Shown in pieces: positions 7,408 through 15,811 of a stretch of 20,335 nucleotides of DNA; position 1 is the first letter of the stretch, and each line of letters starts with the position of its first letter. The translations under genes were made by a program, and so were the position numbers. The notes beneath the pieces are model-generated. The model had not been told where the DNA came from. It did no database searches and saw only the letters and a program-made list of their open reading frames with translations. The stretch lies in the IMG/VR virus record IMGVR_UViG_2698536518_000010. The stretch is one strand, 5' to 3'. Source of the stretch: a virus (lineage: Duplodnaviria > Heunggongvirae > Uroviricota > Caudoviricetes).

Positions 7408-9213
7408 TTATGTTCTGTCGTTAATCCCTGTAGCTGCTGGCAACCAGCCATCAGCATCATCATCTAACAGAACATTTGTTATCACTCGCCCTTTATCCGG
7501 GCCTTTAGTGCATTTAGCCCGCTTATACTCCTTTCCGTATTCCGCCATAGCTCCTGGCATATCAGTACCAAAGCGTGTCAGTGATACTGGTTTTCCCAGG
7601 CCATGCGCTGACATATAGGCTAAATAAGCATGATACAGGTATCGCCTCGGGCTAAATGGCACTATTTCCGCATTGCCCACCATCATTCCTTCACATTTAA
7701 CCAACGACATCAGATAGCCGCAAAAGTCCACCAGTGAATCACCTTCGCGCTTTATCAACAGCGCTTCTTCTGATTTTTGCTGCTCATAAAGTAGTCTTTT
7801 AGCTTCGTCCTGGTCGGTAAATCGTGTTAGCAAATGGCGAATCACTACCGCCAGTTCGCCTTCTATCTTTTCCGCCAGCATGGGATCGCGTTCGTTCTCC
7901 GGTACGACCTCAGAGAAATTAAATATCACCCTACGACGCGAGATCCCCCCGCTTCGGTCACTGAATGACATGGCGTTATTGTTTACCGCAAGCACTACTG
8001 CCGGAATACGTGTGGAGTAGGGGGCTTTATGTTTCGGATCAATTGCCACCTTGTCGCCGCCAGTAATTGCCTTAATTCCTGCACCATCGCCAGCGTAGCG
8101 AGTCATATCCGGCATGATAATCAGCGAAAAGCCAACTACTAACGCGCGTTCCCTTGCGTCTTCCAGAGCCTTCATGCTTGCCGATACTGTGTTGGCCTTA
8201 CCCGCCAGCATGGTACAAATCTCCGCCATCACACTTTTACCGCTTCCGCCCGGCCCCGTTACCTCAAGGAATAACTGCCAGTCGTACCGGTTCGCCAGTA
8301 CCATGAATAATGCCGCCAGTACGCGATCCGCTTTACGAGCATTATCCGCCACCGAACGACGCAACCACTTCCAGAAATTCGGCGCATGTGTTGCCAGCGT
8401 TTCCCCCTCTTCTGGCGGGCTGAACGGTAATTCACTGGCATTTAACAACCAGTCATTTTTGTTGTGTTCCCGAAAATTTCCTGTCCTGATATCAAAAACA
8501 CCGTTACTGAACCCAATAAGATTTCTGTCCGCTCCCCCCATAACAGGTAGACTCAATTTCATTGTCTCTACGGCAAATTTAATGGCGTTTTGCGAATAAC
8601 TAATTTCGGCATCAATAAAAATCTTCGCCATAGACCGCTGGAGTTCCTTATCAGATACAGGCTCCCAAACAATTCCGTTGTAATGGTGAACTACATCAGA
8701 ATCATCATTTATCGCCAGTGCTCCTCCATAATGTTCAAGTAACACTTCCCCTCTCTGGCTGGCTCCCATCTGATTTAATGCAGGCTTGGGTAGACCACTA
8801 TTTTTTGTAGCTAATTTCATCACTGAAACTTCCCCGTGCTCAGCCTGTTCGCGGATCCGTTGCAGGTAGTCGCGCCAGTTCTCCGGTTCCTGGTCGGTGA
8901 TACCTTTGTATAATTTCGCCTCCTGTACGCCAGCCAGCGCCAGCTTTTCAGCGATAGTATTGATCTGGATTGGCTCTATCTCCCCCGCGATATAGACACG
9001 CGCAAAACGGCGTTTCTCGTCAATAATGCGGATATTCGCCAGGTCTGCCAGTTGCTTTGGCCCCAGGTAAACAGGAGGCACGTTATCGCCGTGTTTTCGT
9101 CCTTCACTTTCAATCCAGTGTTGAGCATGGGCGTAAGCATCCGTCCCGGCAAAAATGATTACCTCAGTGAATTTATCCTTCGGCTGATATTTTAGACTCG
9201 GTGCGTTTTTCAC
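7408..9213 (-). CDS. Replicative primase/helicase, P4 alpha-like (SF3 helicase P-loop GPGGSGKS)
   Basis: 601-aa ORF. Walker A VTGPGGSGKSV and Walker B-like LIIMPDM. Start overlaps upstream gene (ATGA). Followed by the iteron region. Confidence 0.85.
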   Translation of the reverse strand: MKNAPSLKYQPKDKFTEVIIFAGTDAYAHAQHWIESEGRKHGDNVPPVYLGPKQLADLANIRIIDEKRRFARVYIAGEIEPIQINTIAEKLALAGVQEAKLYKGITDQEPENWRDYLQRIREQAEHGEVSVMKLATKNSGLPKPALNQMGASQRGEVLLEHYGGALAINDDSDVVHHYNGIVWEPVSDKELQRSMAKIFIDAEISYSQNAIKFAVETMKLSLPVMGGADRNLIGFSNGVFDIRTGNFREHNKNDWLLNASELPFSPPEEGETLATHAPNFWKWLRRSVADNARKADRVLAALFMVLANRYDWQLFLEVTGPGGSGKSVMAEICTMLAGKANTVSASMKALEDARERALVVGFSLIIMPDMTRYAGDGAGIKAITGGDKVAIDPKHKAPYSTRIPAVVLAVNNNAMSFSDRSGGISRRRVIFNFSEVVPENERDPMLAEKIEGELAVVIRHLLTRFTDQDEAKRLLYEQQKSEEALLIKREGDSLVDFCGYLMSLVKCEGMMVGNAEIVPFSPRRYLYHAYLAYMSAHGLGKPVSLTRFGTDMPGAMAEYGKEYKRAKCTKGPDKGRVITNVLLDDDADGWLPAATGINDRT

Positions 9214-9500
9214 TTCTTACCTCCCGCAACCAACATTGCCCGGATTTTTTTAATATTCGTGGCTGCACGTCTCGCCACTGCCTGTTGTTTGTTTTCCACC
9301 AGAATAAAATCACGATCAAACTGACGGCGCGGCATTACGCAGTCATATTCGTAAGCCTCACGGCGGTAGGTGATATTGCCTGGCGTAACGTGACGAATAA
9401 CCACCCGTCCCCCGCGTCTGGTGTCCCGGGAAATATCACCGGGGCGGATTTCAGGCCGAGAGAGGCCGCTGGCAGTAAAGCCAGAATTTTTCTTTTTCAT
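9210..9500 (-). CDS. Hypothetical basic protein (96 aa) in the replication operon
   Basis: ORF whose stop overlaps the primase start. No recognisable domain. Confidence 0.5.
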   Translation of the reverse strand: MKKKNSGFTASGLSRPEIRPGDISRDTRRGGRVVIRHVTPGNITYRREAYEYDCVMPRRQFDRDFILVENKQQAVARRAATNIKKIRAMLVAGGKK

Positions 9501-9504
9501 GGTT

Positions 9505-9705
9505 TTATTTTCCTGTCAGCAGTTCCGGTTTTATTTCCGCACGAATACAAAGTTCAGAAAAAAATTCAGGAGAACCAACAATCTCATTACTTTTCAGTCG
9601 GCATTGTGATTTCACTTTCCCTTTATCCAGGTAAACCAGTACGCGTCCGGTGAAATCATCTGGCACATTAAGCACTACGGGTACATGCGCTTCATGATTA
9701 TGCAT
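9505..9705 (-). CDS. Hypothetical protein (66 aa), short paralogue of the 9924-10289 gene
   Basis: GGAGGA Shine-Dalgarno. N-terminus MHNH...DDFTGRVLV parallels MHNL...EKFTGQLLV of the larger gene. Confidence 0.5.
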   Translation of the reverse strand: MHNHEAHVPVVLNVPDDFTGRVLVYLDKGKVKSQCRLKSNEIVGSPEFFSELCIRAEIKPELLTGK

Positions 9706-9931
9706 GGCTTACATCCTCCGTGAATTTTCTTCTGTAACGCGTCTCTGCCACATATTCCGCATAGTCCGACGCAATACTAAGAATCATTTCACCCTCTGAC
9801 TTGTAGCCACTGGTATTGATAAGAAAATATGCAGCTTTCATCATGTCAGCAACGCTCAACAATGCGCCCGCTGCATCTTCCGGTGCGCCATCAAATTCCC
9901 GTTTCAGGGAATTAAAACGATCATCACGCAT
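9698..9931 (-). CDS. Hypothetical protein (77 aa)
   Basis: ORF overlapping neighbours by 8 nt at both ends (operon-style packing). Confidence 0.45.
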   Translation of the reverse strand: MRDDRFNSLKREFDGAPEDAAGALLSVADMMKAAYFLINTSGYKSEGEMILSIASDYAEYVAETRYRRKFTEDVSHA

Positions 9932-10289
9932 GTTTACCCCCCTGAATGACCTGATAACCGCAACTGGTCAGCAACTCGATAAATTCCGGCAGTGTGCCGA
10001 AACAGCAATCATCACGCAGCCGTTCGCGGGATACTTCAACGCCGTTTTCGTAGTGACTCACCATACGCCCGGTAAAATGCAGATCATCATCGTGATGGCT
10101 CGTTGACGGCTTAATCAGTCGCGCACGTTCCGCCAGTTCCAGCAATGCTTCAACGCTTCCGGCAATTGCACCATCCGGCAGGTGGTAATTACGCACTATG
10201 CGCCCGTTCTCCACATTGACCAGCAACTGCCCGGTAAATTTCTCGTCAAACTGAATGCTGTTAAGGTCAGAAATTGACAGGTTATGCAT
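9924..10289 (-). CDS. Hypothetical protein (121 aa from SD-supported ATG at 10289; ORF track start 10307)
   Basis: AGGAGGT Shine-Dalgarno 6 nt upstream of ATG at 10289. Paralogous N-terminus to the 9505-9705 product. Confidence 0.5.
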   Translation of the reverse strand: MHNLSISDLNSIQFDEKFTGQLLVNVENGRIVRNYHLPDGAIAGSVEALLELAERARLIKPSTSHHDDDLHFTGRMVSHYENGVEVSRERLRDDCCFGTLPEFIELLTSCGYQVIQGGKHA

Positions 10290-10506
10290 GGTGCACCTCC
10301 TGCACATCAGCCATGATAATTTTTCCGGCCTTATCCAGTGCCTGATCGGCTTTTAGCTGCACAAATGCTAAATAATGGGAGATGCATTCTGATTCTCTGG
10401 CTGCGTGTTTATGCGCCACACCAGCGATAGCAGAAATCTCAATAAGTGAATCCATCAGCGTTTTGATAGCGTCTACCGCTGCATCAGGCCATGTTGCATT
10501 ACACAT
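10282..10506 (-). CDS. Hypothetical protein (74 aa)
   Basis: ORF with ATGTGTAA start/stop overlap with the upstream 67-aa gene. Confidence 0.4.
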   Translation of the reverse strand: MCNATWPDAAVDAIKTLMDSLIEISAIAGVAHKHAARESECISHYLAFVQLKADQALDKAGKIIMADVQEVHHA

Positions 10507-10702
10507 GTTCCACCTCCTGGCGAATACGGGCTGCGAATACCATCACGCAGCCATCAGGAGATTGCTGGCGTGCTTCCTGTTCGCTGGTGGCCTCGATGTG
10601 AATTACGCGCGGTTGTGCCGTGCTCAGGGCGATAAAACGCCAGATGTATTTATTCAGGTTGTGCGAGTCCCGCCCTTGCGGGTGTGTGGTATGATTTCTC
10701 AT
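10499..10702 (-). CDS. Hypothetical protein (67 aa), first gene of the leftward operon
   Basis: C-terminal part of the 435-codon ORF-track frame. ATG at 10702 preceded by GAGGT Shine-Dalgarno. Lies just downstream of the operator cluster. Confidence 0.45.
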   Translation of the reverse strand: MRNHTTHPQGRDSHNLNKYIWRFIALSTAQPRVIHIEATSEQEARQQSPDGCVMVFAARIRQEVEHV

Positions 10703-10798
10703 AGCTACCTCGATACTCTTGCTATCGTTGGTGGTTAGACGCCCTGCATGTGTGCCACCACTGCGGGGCGTTGTCGTTTCTGCACCTTGCATCAACAA

Positions 10799-10853
10799 GG
10801 TGTTGAACACCAATTTAAGCCTAGGTGTTAAACACGTCAAGTGTTGAACACTT
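10799..10853. promoter_or_regulatory. Three copies of an 11-bp perfect palindrome GTGTT(G/A)AACAC (10800-10810, 10825-10835, 10841-10851); candidate operator cluster in a divergent promoter region
   Basis: Read directly. Third copy overlaps a TTGAAC -35-like hexamer with CATACT 17 bp downstream. Sits between the leftward operon and the rightward small RHH gene. Confidence 0.6.
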
Positions 10854-10901
10854 ATTTTTTTTCCTGCATACTGCATTTGTTTTTTGTAAGGGGTACACAA
10901 C

Positions 10902-11081
10902 ATGGCGACAAAAGCAGTAAACGCAAAATCACAAACAGTTGCGGCAAGGGTTCCGCATGAAGTTATGAACAATGTTGAGGCGGTAAAAATGCCTGGTGAA
11001 AGTACAGGGCAGTTTGTAACAGCAGCATTAAAGCGAGAAGTTGAATACCGCCAGCGCCGCAAGGCCAAAGAACAGGAGTAA
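10902..11081 (+). CDS. Ribbon-helix-helix (Arc/CopG-like) small DNA-binding protein, 59 aa (below ORF-track cutoff)
   Basis: ATG at 10902 with AAGGGG upstream. Translation MATKAVNAKSQTVAARVPHEVMNNVEAVKMPGESTGQFVTAALKREVEYRQRRKAKEQE fits a beta-strand/helix/helix pattern. Confidence 0.45.
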   Translation: MATKAVNAKSQTVAARVPHEVMNNVEAVKMPGESTGQFVTAALKREVEYRQRRKAKEQE

Positions 11082-11798
11082 CCATCACCAGCGCCGTGGT
11101 GTGAGGAACTACGGTGCATCGTTTTACAGGGCTGCGCCATGACCAACAAAGAATCAACCAATACACCATCACCGGCACGGAAAAGACAGCGCAGAAAGAT
11201 AGCGTACGAGCATGAGTCAAACAGATTCGCGCCCTGTGCGTTTATCCTTGAGAAATTCCTTAAAGAGTACAGGCGCACAAAAATGGGGTCGCATACCTGG
11301 AAAACATCGCGGCATGGCAATGTTAAAGAGCAGGAATAGCCCACCAGCAAGCCAGCATATTCACCATAATGACCCTCAGTTAAACATAGAGTCATTGGTG
11401 CAAAGCTGACACATTGCCCACCAGCCGCAAATCTGGCATTGTTGGCGATGCGTTCAAGTATGTAGCTTTCCCACTGGCGGCCCTCTGCGGTCGCCTTTGT
11501 TTTATCCAGAACGAAATCAGACATCAGATTGATCAGCACCTGGCGACCTGACAAAATCGCATCAGTCGCGCCACCAGCAAAATTTTTTGCTTTCCGGACA
11601 GTGTGACCAACGACATTTTGCAGCAAAATATTCTGCATTTCTGGCGTGCTGTAGTAACGGTGATCAGCGCCTTCACTCTGTGCGACCACAACGCTATAAT
11701 CTGCCTCGTAGACAGTAAGCAATATGGCGCAGTAGGCTATTCGTTCACAAAGGCGCTCCGGCAACGGGGCGCTTTCTCTTTTTGTAACGGTCAGAGCG

Positions 11799-12599
11799 TT
11801 ACACATGGCTGTTTTCCTCCATGCGACGGGCTAACCAACGCTGCGAAAGACGAATTAATTCAGCCTTCCGCTGGTGGTAGTCCTGGCCTAACTCAATCAG
11901 CGTGATATTGCTCTGCTCAAGGTAAGAAAGGTGCTCAAGCTGCAACGTGCTCATGTGGTCGCGTGGTTCGCCTGTAATGCCGTTCGCCAGTGCCCACTGT
12001 TTTGCAGTCATGCCACCCAGTACGATACGCGCCAGCATGTTCGCTTCCGTGGTGTAGTGGTGCTGGAGTGTGTTTTTACCCAGTTCAGCCCGGTACGCCT
12101 CCAGCGCGGCACACATTGGCTTAAAGTAGCTGGCAACTGTGATACGGGCTTTCAGTTCCCGGCGTAACGCTGCGGAACGAACAGGCGCAACCTTGTGTAG
12201 CTCCTCCTCGCATTTGATAAAGTACTGGCGAACGGCGCGGCCCTGTTCGGTACGTTCGACCATCGCCAGTTCTTTCGCCATGTTCACTGTGATGATGTAC
12301 TCAAGAGCGGTTTGCTGGCGAGATTTTGCGCTCACCGGATCGGGTCGGCTCAAATATTCAACAACCTCATAATCCACGCCTTCCGTGAACCCGTATTCTT
12401 CAATGCGCCCCTTGATCCACGAACGGAAAACGCGCCCTACACCTAACGCCTTATGTAACGCTCTGGCGCTAACAATAGTGGTTTCACTCCCGCCAATAAC
12501 GCCGGAAATAATCGGGATAATTTCGCCGAAATTTTGCAGATTCTGGTTTTCAGGCCGAACGAAGCCCCGCCCCTGTACGGGCGTTTTTGGAAATTTCAT
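11799..12599 (-). CDS. Phage antirepressor-like protein (ANT/KilAC-type motif)
   Basis: 266-aa ORF. Segment ITVNMAKELAMVERTEQGRAVRQYFI resembles the conserved antirepressor core as I recall it. Confidence 0.6.
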   Translation of the reverse strand: MKFPKTPVQGRGFVRPENQNLQNFGEIIPIISGVIGGSETTIVSARALHKALGVGRVFRSWIKGRIEEYGFTEGVDYEVVEYLSRPDPVSAKSRQQTALEYIITVNMAKELAMVERTEQGRAVRQYFIKCEEELHKVAPVRSAALRRELKARITVASYFKPMCAALEAYRAELGKNTLQHHYTTEANMLARIVLGGMTAKQWALANGITGEPRDHMSTLQLEHLSYLEQSNITLIELGQDYHQRKAELIRLSQRWLARRMEENSHV

Positions 12600-12676
12600 A
12601 AAAACTCCTGCTATCGAATTAAGTTACTTTTATTTGCTGGTGGATAGCTGGGGGAAATAGCCCCGTAGCCATTTAA

Positions 12677-12874
12677 TCAGGTAGCTGTTCCGCGTGATTC
12701 CGCAATACGCTGATTAATCCACTCGTCAATTTCACTCTCAACGAAAGCAATAGCTCGCGAGCCAATTTTAACTGATGCAGGAAATTTACCTTGCCCCATA
12801 AGGCGATAAATCCATGCCTTGCTATATCCAGTTCTACGCTGAACTTCTGTTAAACGAATAAGCGTATTTGACAT
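12677..12874 (-). CDS. alpA: AlpA/Vis-family transcriptional regulator / excisionase-like protein
   Basis: 65-aa ORF MSNTLIRLTEVQRRTGYSKAWIYRLMGQGKFPASVKIGSRAIAFVESEIDEWI, typical AlpA-type HTH. Located two genes from the integrase. Confidence 0.85.
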   Translation of the reverse strand: MSNTLIRLTEVQRRTGYSKAWIYRLMGQGKFPASVKIGSRAIAFVESEIDEWINQRIAESRGTAT

Positions 12875-12943
12875 ATATTTACCTCATAACGTCTACTCAA
12901 TTTGACGAGGTAATCCTGGCACAGAAATAACGAATATTTTCAT

Positions 12944-13086
12944 ACCCTCAGGCCTAATGGTTACCGGAAGGAAATTAACCCTAAGGGTGATGGTAATCGG
13001 GAGGAAATCTACCCTAAGGGTGATGGTAAAATTGACGGGGAAGATAAAAAAATACCCTCAGGGTAACAGTAAATCACCCTCAGGGT
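12944..13086. promoter_or_regulatory. Repeated palindrome ACCCT(A/C)AGGGT (12978-12988, 13011-13021, 13054-13064, 13076-13086, plus half-site near 12944-12952) upstream of alpA
   Basis: Read directly. First two copies are followed by GATGGTAA. Lies between the stop of the 267-aa gene and the alpA start. Confidence 0.55.
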
Positions 13087-13101
13087 ATGCGGTATGGTGC
13101 G

Positions 13102-13905
13102 TTAATCCGGCTTTGCGTTCTTTTGGCTGTTGTCTCGGTTAATAGGGCAGGCAGTCCTCTCTATGAGCGTTGCAAGTGCATTACTTGCCCCCCACTGCTT
13201 AAGCTCCCTGGTTATCGCTTCTTGATTTCCCCTAGTGGCAAAATCATTTTCTGGATCGTAATTGGCCCACTCTCTGTTTCTAATCTCAATAGCCTTAGCT
13301 AATGGGTCTTTATCCCAGTATTTATATAAGTGTATCGGGCGCTCTTGCTCTAACTGCTCTATCCTTGCCCTTAACTCTGCGTTTTCTTTTTCCAGCATTG
13401 CGATTTGGGATAATAAATCATCCTCTGTACGCAACTCTTTCTTTTCAATATCGCGTCCTTGTGCCTCGTCATTTTCAGAAGAGTTAGCGCCTTCCAGCTT
13501 CGTTAACGCGTCAAGGACATCGGGAAAAATTGCGAAAATTTCACCCCTTATAAATCCAATGTTCTCAAATTCGGGATCTTCCCAATAACCGGACACCAGA
13601 AAACCATTTTCATCCCTCTCACCAGGTAAACAACCACGTTTCCGAACCGCATTCAGATTTCTATAAAGAACATCATAATCAAATTCATCCCGATACGGGT
13701 TACAAAAAGATTCCAACAGCTTAAATTCATTTACTGTGTACAGGCGGATATGTTCTCCGCTTATTCTCCTGAGTATCCAAGTTATGACATCTGAAACATC
13801 ATAATCATCACCAGCGACCTTAAGCACGACCTCAAGAAATTCACGTAAAGAAATAAAATCTTTTTTGTATTCGTTTAATTCGGCATGAATATCAATCATA
13901 CGCAC
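13102..13905 (-). CDS. Hypothetical 267-aa protein with coiled-coil segment, between integrase and alpA
   Basis: ORF with heptad-like stretch LLSQIAMLEKENAELRARIEQLEQE. AT-richer than neighbours. No recognisable catalytic motif. Confidence 0.65.
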   Translation of the reverse strand: MRMIDIHAELNEYKKDFISLREFLEVVLKVAGDDYDVSDVITWILRRISGEHIRLYTVNEFKLLESFCNPYRDEFDYDVLYRNLNAVRKRGCLPGERDENGFLVSGYWEDPEFENIGFIRGEIFAIFPDVLDALTKLEGANSSENDEAQGRDIEKKELRTEDDLLSQIAMLEKENAELRARIEQLEQERPIHLYKYWDKDPLAKAIEIRNREWANYDPENDFATRGNQEAITRELKQWGASNALATLIERTACPINRDNSQKNAKPD

Positions 13906-14027
13906 ACCTCAGCGTCCTCTACTGTAGTGGCTGTACCAGTCCGTCGAGGTGTACGGATTTTCGGGAGCGACCCTAGACACAGCCTTTTCTTTCGTCGCTC
14001 AAAGTCTACTACTGTATACGCAACCAG

Positions 14028-15242
14028 TCATCCACATTTTCCGAACTTGCCATGCACCACGTTACCGCCATGTTCGAGCGAATCCATATAGTCGGCGTAC
14101 CACTGGAGCATCTCGCGCCGCCCGTCCAGATATTGCGCATGATTGTACGTGCCACGAATTGAGTTCTTATCAACGTGTGCAAGCTGCGTTTCTATCCACG
14201 CGGTGTTATAGCCCTGCTCATGTAAAATCGTGCTCATGGTGTGCCGGAATCCATGACCAGTAACCTTTCCGTTATAGCCGATGCGTTTAAATACTTGGTT
14301 TATGCTAGCCTCGCTCATTGTTTTCCTTGGATCATTACGGCCGGGAAACATAAGCGGATAATTACCAGTTAATTCTTTAATCTGCCCAATAAGAGAAAGA
14401 GCCTGCTTAGACAAAGGCACCACATGAGGGCGACGCATTTTCATCCGTGAAGCAGGTATCTCCCAGATAGCCTTGTTGAGATCGATTTCATCCCATAATG
14501 CACCGCGCAGTTCGCCAGTTCGCAAACCAGTGATAATCAGTAGACGAGCCGCCATAACAACCAATGCACTTCCTGAGTAACTGGACAATGCCTTGAAAAA
14601 ATCAGGCAATTCTTTGGCTGTGAGGAAAGGATAATGATTAGATTCATGGCCTTGCATCGCGCTAGTAAGATCTGGGGCAGGGTTATACTCTGCGCGACCA
14701 GTGACTATTGCATAGCGGAAAACTTCCCCGCACCGCTGCCTCACTTTTTTGGCTTTTTCTGTAGCACCGCGCCCCTCGATGCGTCGCAGCACATTCAGAA
14801 GTTCAAGTGGTTTGATTTCGGCGATTGGTTTTTTGCCAATGTAAGGGAACACATCTTTGTTGAAGGCTTCGAGGATATCTGAAGCATAACCAGCAGACCA
14901 TTTTTTTAATTTGCTGCTGTGCCACTCAAGGGCAATATCTTTGAAGGTATTGTTTAACTGCGTTTCCCGGGCAATCTTTTCCTCTCGTTTCGCTTCCATC
15001 GGATCGATACCCCCAGCGATACCCCTTTTAGCTTCTTCACGTTTTGCACGAGCATCAGCCAAGGTAACTTCAGGATACACACCTAGTGCTAACAGCTTCT
15101 CTTTACCAGCTACACGATATTTAAAGCGCCAGTATTTTCCTCCACTAGGTTTTACCAGGAGATACAGACCACCACCATCAGCCAGCTTGTAAGCCTTCTC
15201 TTTTGGCTTGGCAGTGTCTATTTGACGGGCATTGAGTTTCAC
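14028..15242 (-). CDS. int: Tyrosine recombinase, P4-type integrase
   Basis: 404-aa ORF with GTG start preceded by GGAGGT. Catalytic signature residues (RTGELR, HGFRHT, SIRGTYNHAQY). Adjacent to the tRNA 3' fragment. Confidence 0.9.
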   Translation of the reverse strand: MKLNARQIDTAKPKEKAYKLADGGGLYLLVKPSGGKYWRFKYRVAGKEKLLALGVYPEVTLADARAKREEAKRGIAGGIDPMEAKREEKIARETQLNNTFKDIALEWHSSKLKKWSAGYASDILEAFNKDVFPYIGKKPIAEIKPLELLNVLRRIEGRGATEKAKKVRQRCGEVFRYAIVTGRAEYNPAPDLTSAMQGHESNHYPFLTAKELPDFFKALSSYSGSALVVMAARLLIITGLRTGELRGALWDEIDLNKAIWEIPASRMKMRRPHVVPLSKQALSLIGQIKELTGNYPLMFPGRNDPRKTMSEASINQVFKRIGYNGKVTGHGFRHTMSTILHEQGYNTAWIETQLAHVDKNSIRGTYNHAQYLDGRREMLQWYADYMDSLEHGGNVVHGKFGKCG

Positions 15243-15408
15243 TTGGGGGTACCTCCACTAAACCGAACAGCAAATACCCCCAAAAGTCCCCCCAATTGAC
15301 TGTAGATTTTGGGGTACTTAAGTAGACGTCAAAAGACTAAAAGGGGCGATAACATGCGGATTATAAGAAGTTTTTAAATACTTGAGTAGACTTGGGGAGA
15401 CGTTAGAA

Positions 15409-15454
15409 TGGTGCCGATAATAGGAGTCGAACCTACGACCTTCGCATTACGAAT
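15409..15454 (-). tRNA. 3' fragment (about 46 nt, anticodon loop to CCA) of tRNA-Thr(CGU); att core repeat, not a complete tRNA
   Basis: Minus strand reads ATTCGTAATGCGAAGGTCGTAGGTTCGACTCCTATTATCGGCACCA. The 5' half (acceptor and D arms) is absent, since the upstream sequence cannot pair with the TATCGGC acceptor strand. Confidence 0.6.
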
Positions 15455-15811
15455 TATAAGAATCCGCTTCTAATTCAAAGTATTACCCCATCAACACTGC
15501 GCTCACACGTCCCACCACATCAAAACATGTAAAGCCTTGCAAGCCATTGTGAGGCCTTATGTGTCTCAGTTTTGTCCCACCTTGTATTATGACTTGCATA
15601 GCCAATGAAGATAAAGGTGACGACAAACAGCGCAGCAGTCTTCTTTTCTTTCACACTTTCCCCAATCAGCATACATAGCAGTCCTAGAGACAGTGGCGTA
15701 AAGTCATGGATGATCGGTGGAAGGAGGCGCTAATCCTTTCATACAAAAAATATGTAAAATCAATAACGGCTGTAAATCATTCAATACTCGCCCTATCGGA
15801 AGTTCACCAGC

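Larger units (their letters stand above)
1..15454. mobile_element. Integrative phage-satellite-like island (P4/PICI-like: integrase, AlpA, primase/helicase, iteron origin) inserted at the 3' end of a tRNA-Thr gene; distal boundary not in window
   Basis: Integrase gene adjacent to a tRNA 3' fragment, co-oriented regulator and replication genes, iteron region, AT-rich cargo cassette at far end. Extent towards position 1 is inferred because no second att repeat was found in the window. Confidence 0.55.

Noticed and set aside
8114-8599. Plus-strand ORF 8114-8599 (161 aa) inside the primase/helicase gene
   Set aside because: Antisense shadow of a confidently assigned gene. No motif or Shine-Dalgarno.
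10499-11806. ORF-track 435-aa protein as a single gene
   Set aside because: The frame crosses palindromic operators and the antisense of a well-supported small gene, and its middle is low-complexity Ser/Thr/Cys-rich. Only the two ends look coding, so I report the 67-aa C-terminal gene separately and leave the N-terminal part unresolved.
12957-13302. Plus-strand ORFs 12957-13142 and 13087-13302
   Set aside because: The first is a translation of the palindromic repeat array (repetitive LTLRVMV peptide). The second is antisense to the 267-aa gene.
14634-15192. Plus-strand ORFs 14634-14882 and 14911-15192 inside the integrase gene
   Set aside because: Antisense to the integrase, which has clear catalytic motifs. 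No independent support.
15409-15485. Complete tRNA gene
   Set aside because: Only the 3' 46 nt match a tRNA. The sequence where the 5' acceptor strand and D arm should be cannot pair with the TATCGGC 3' acceptor strand.
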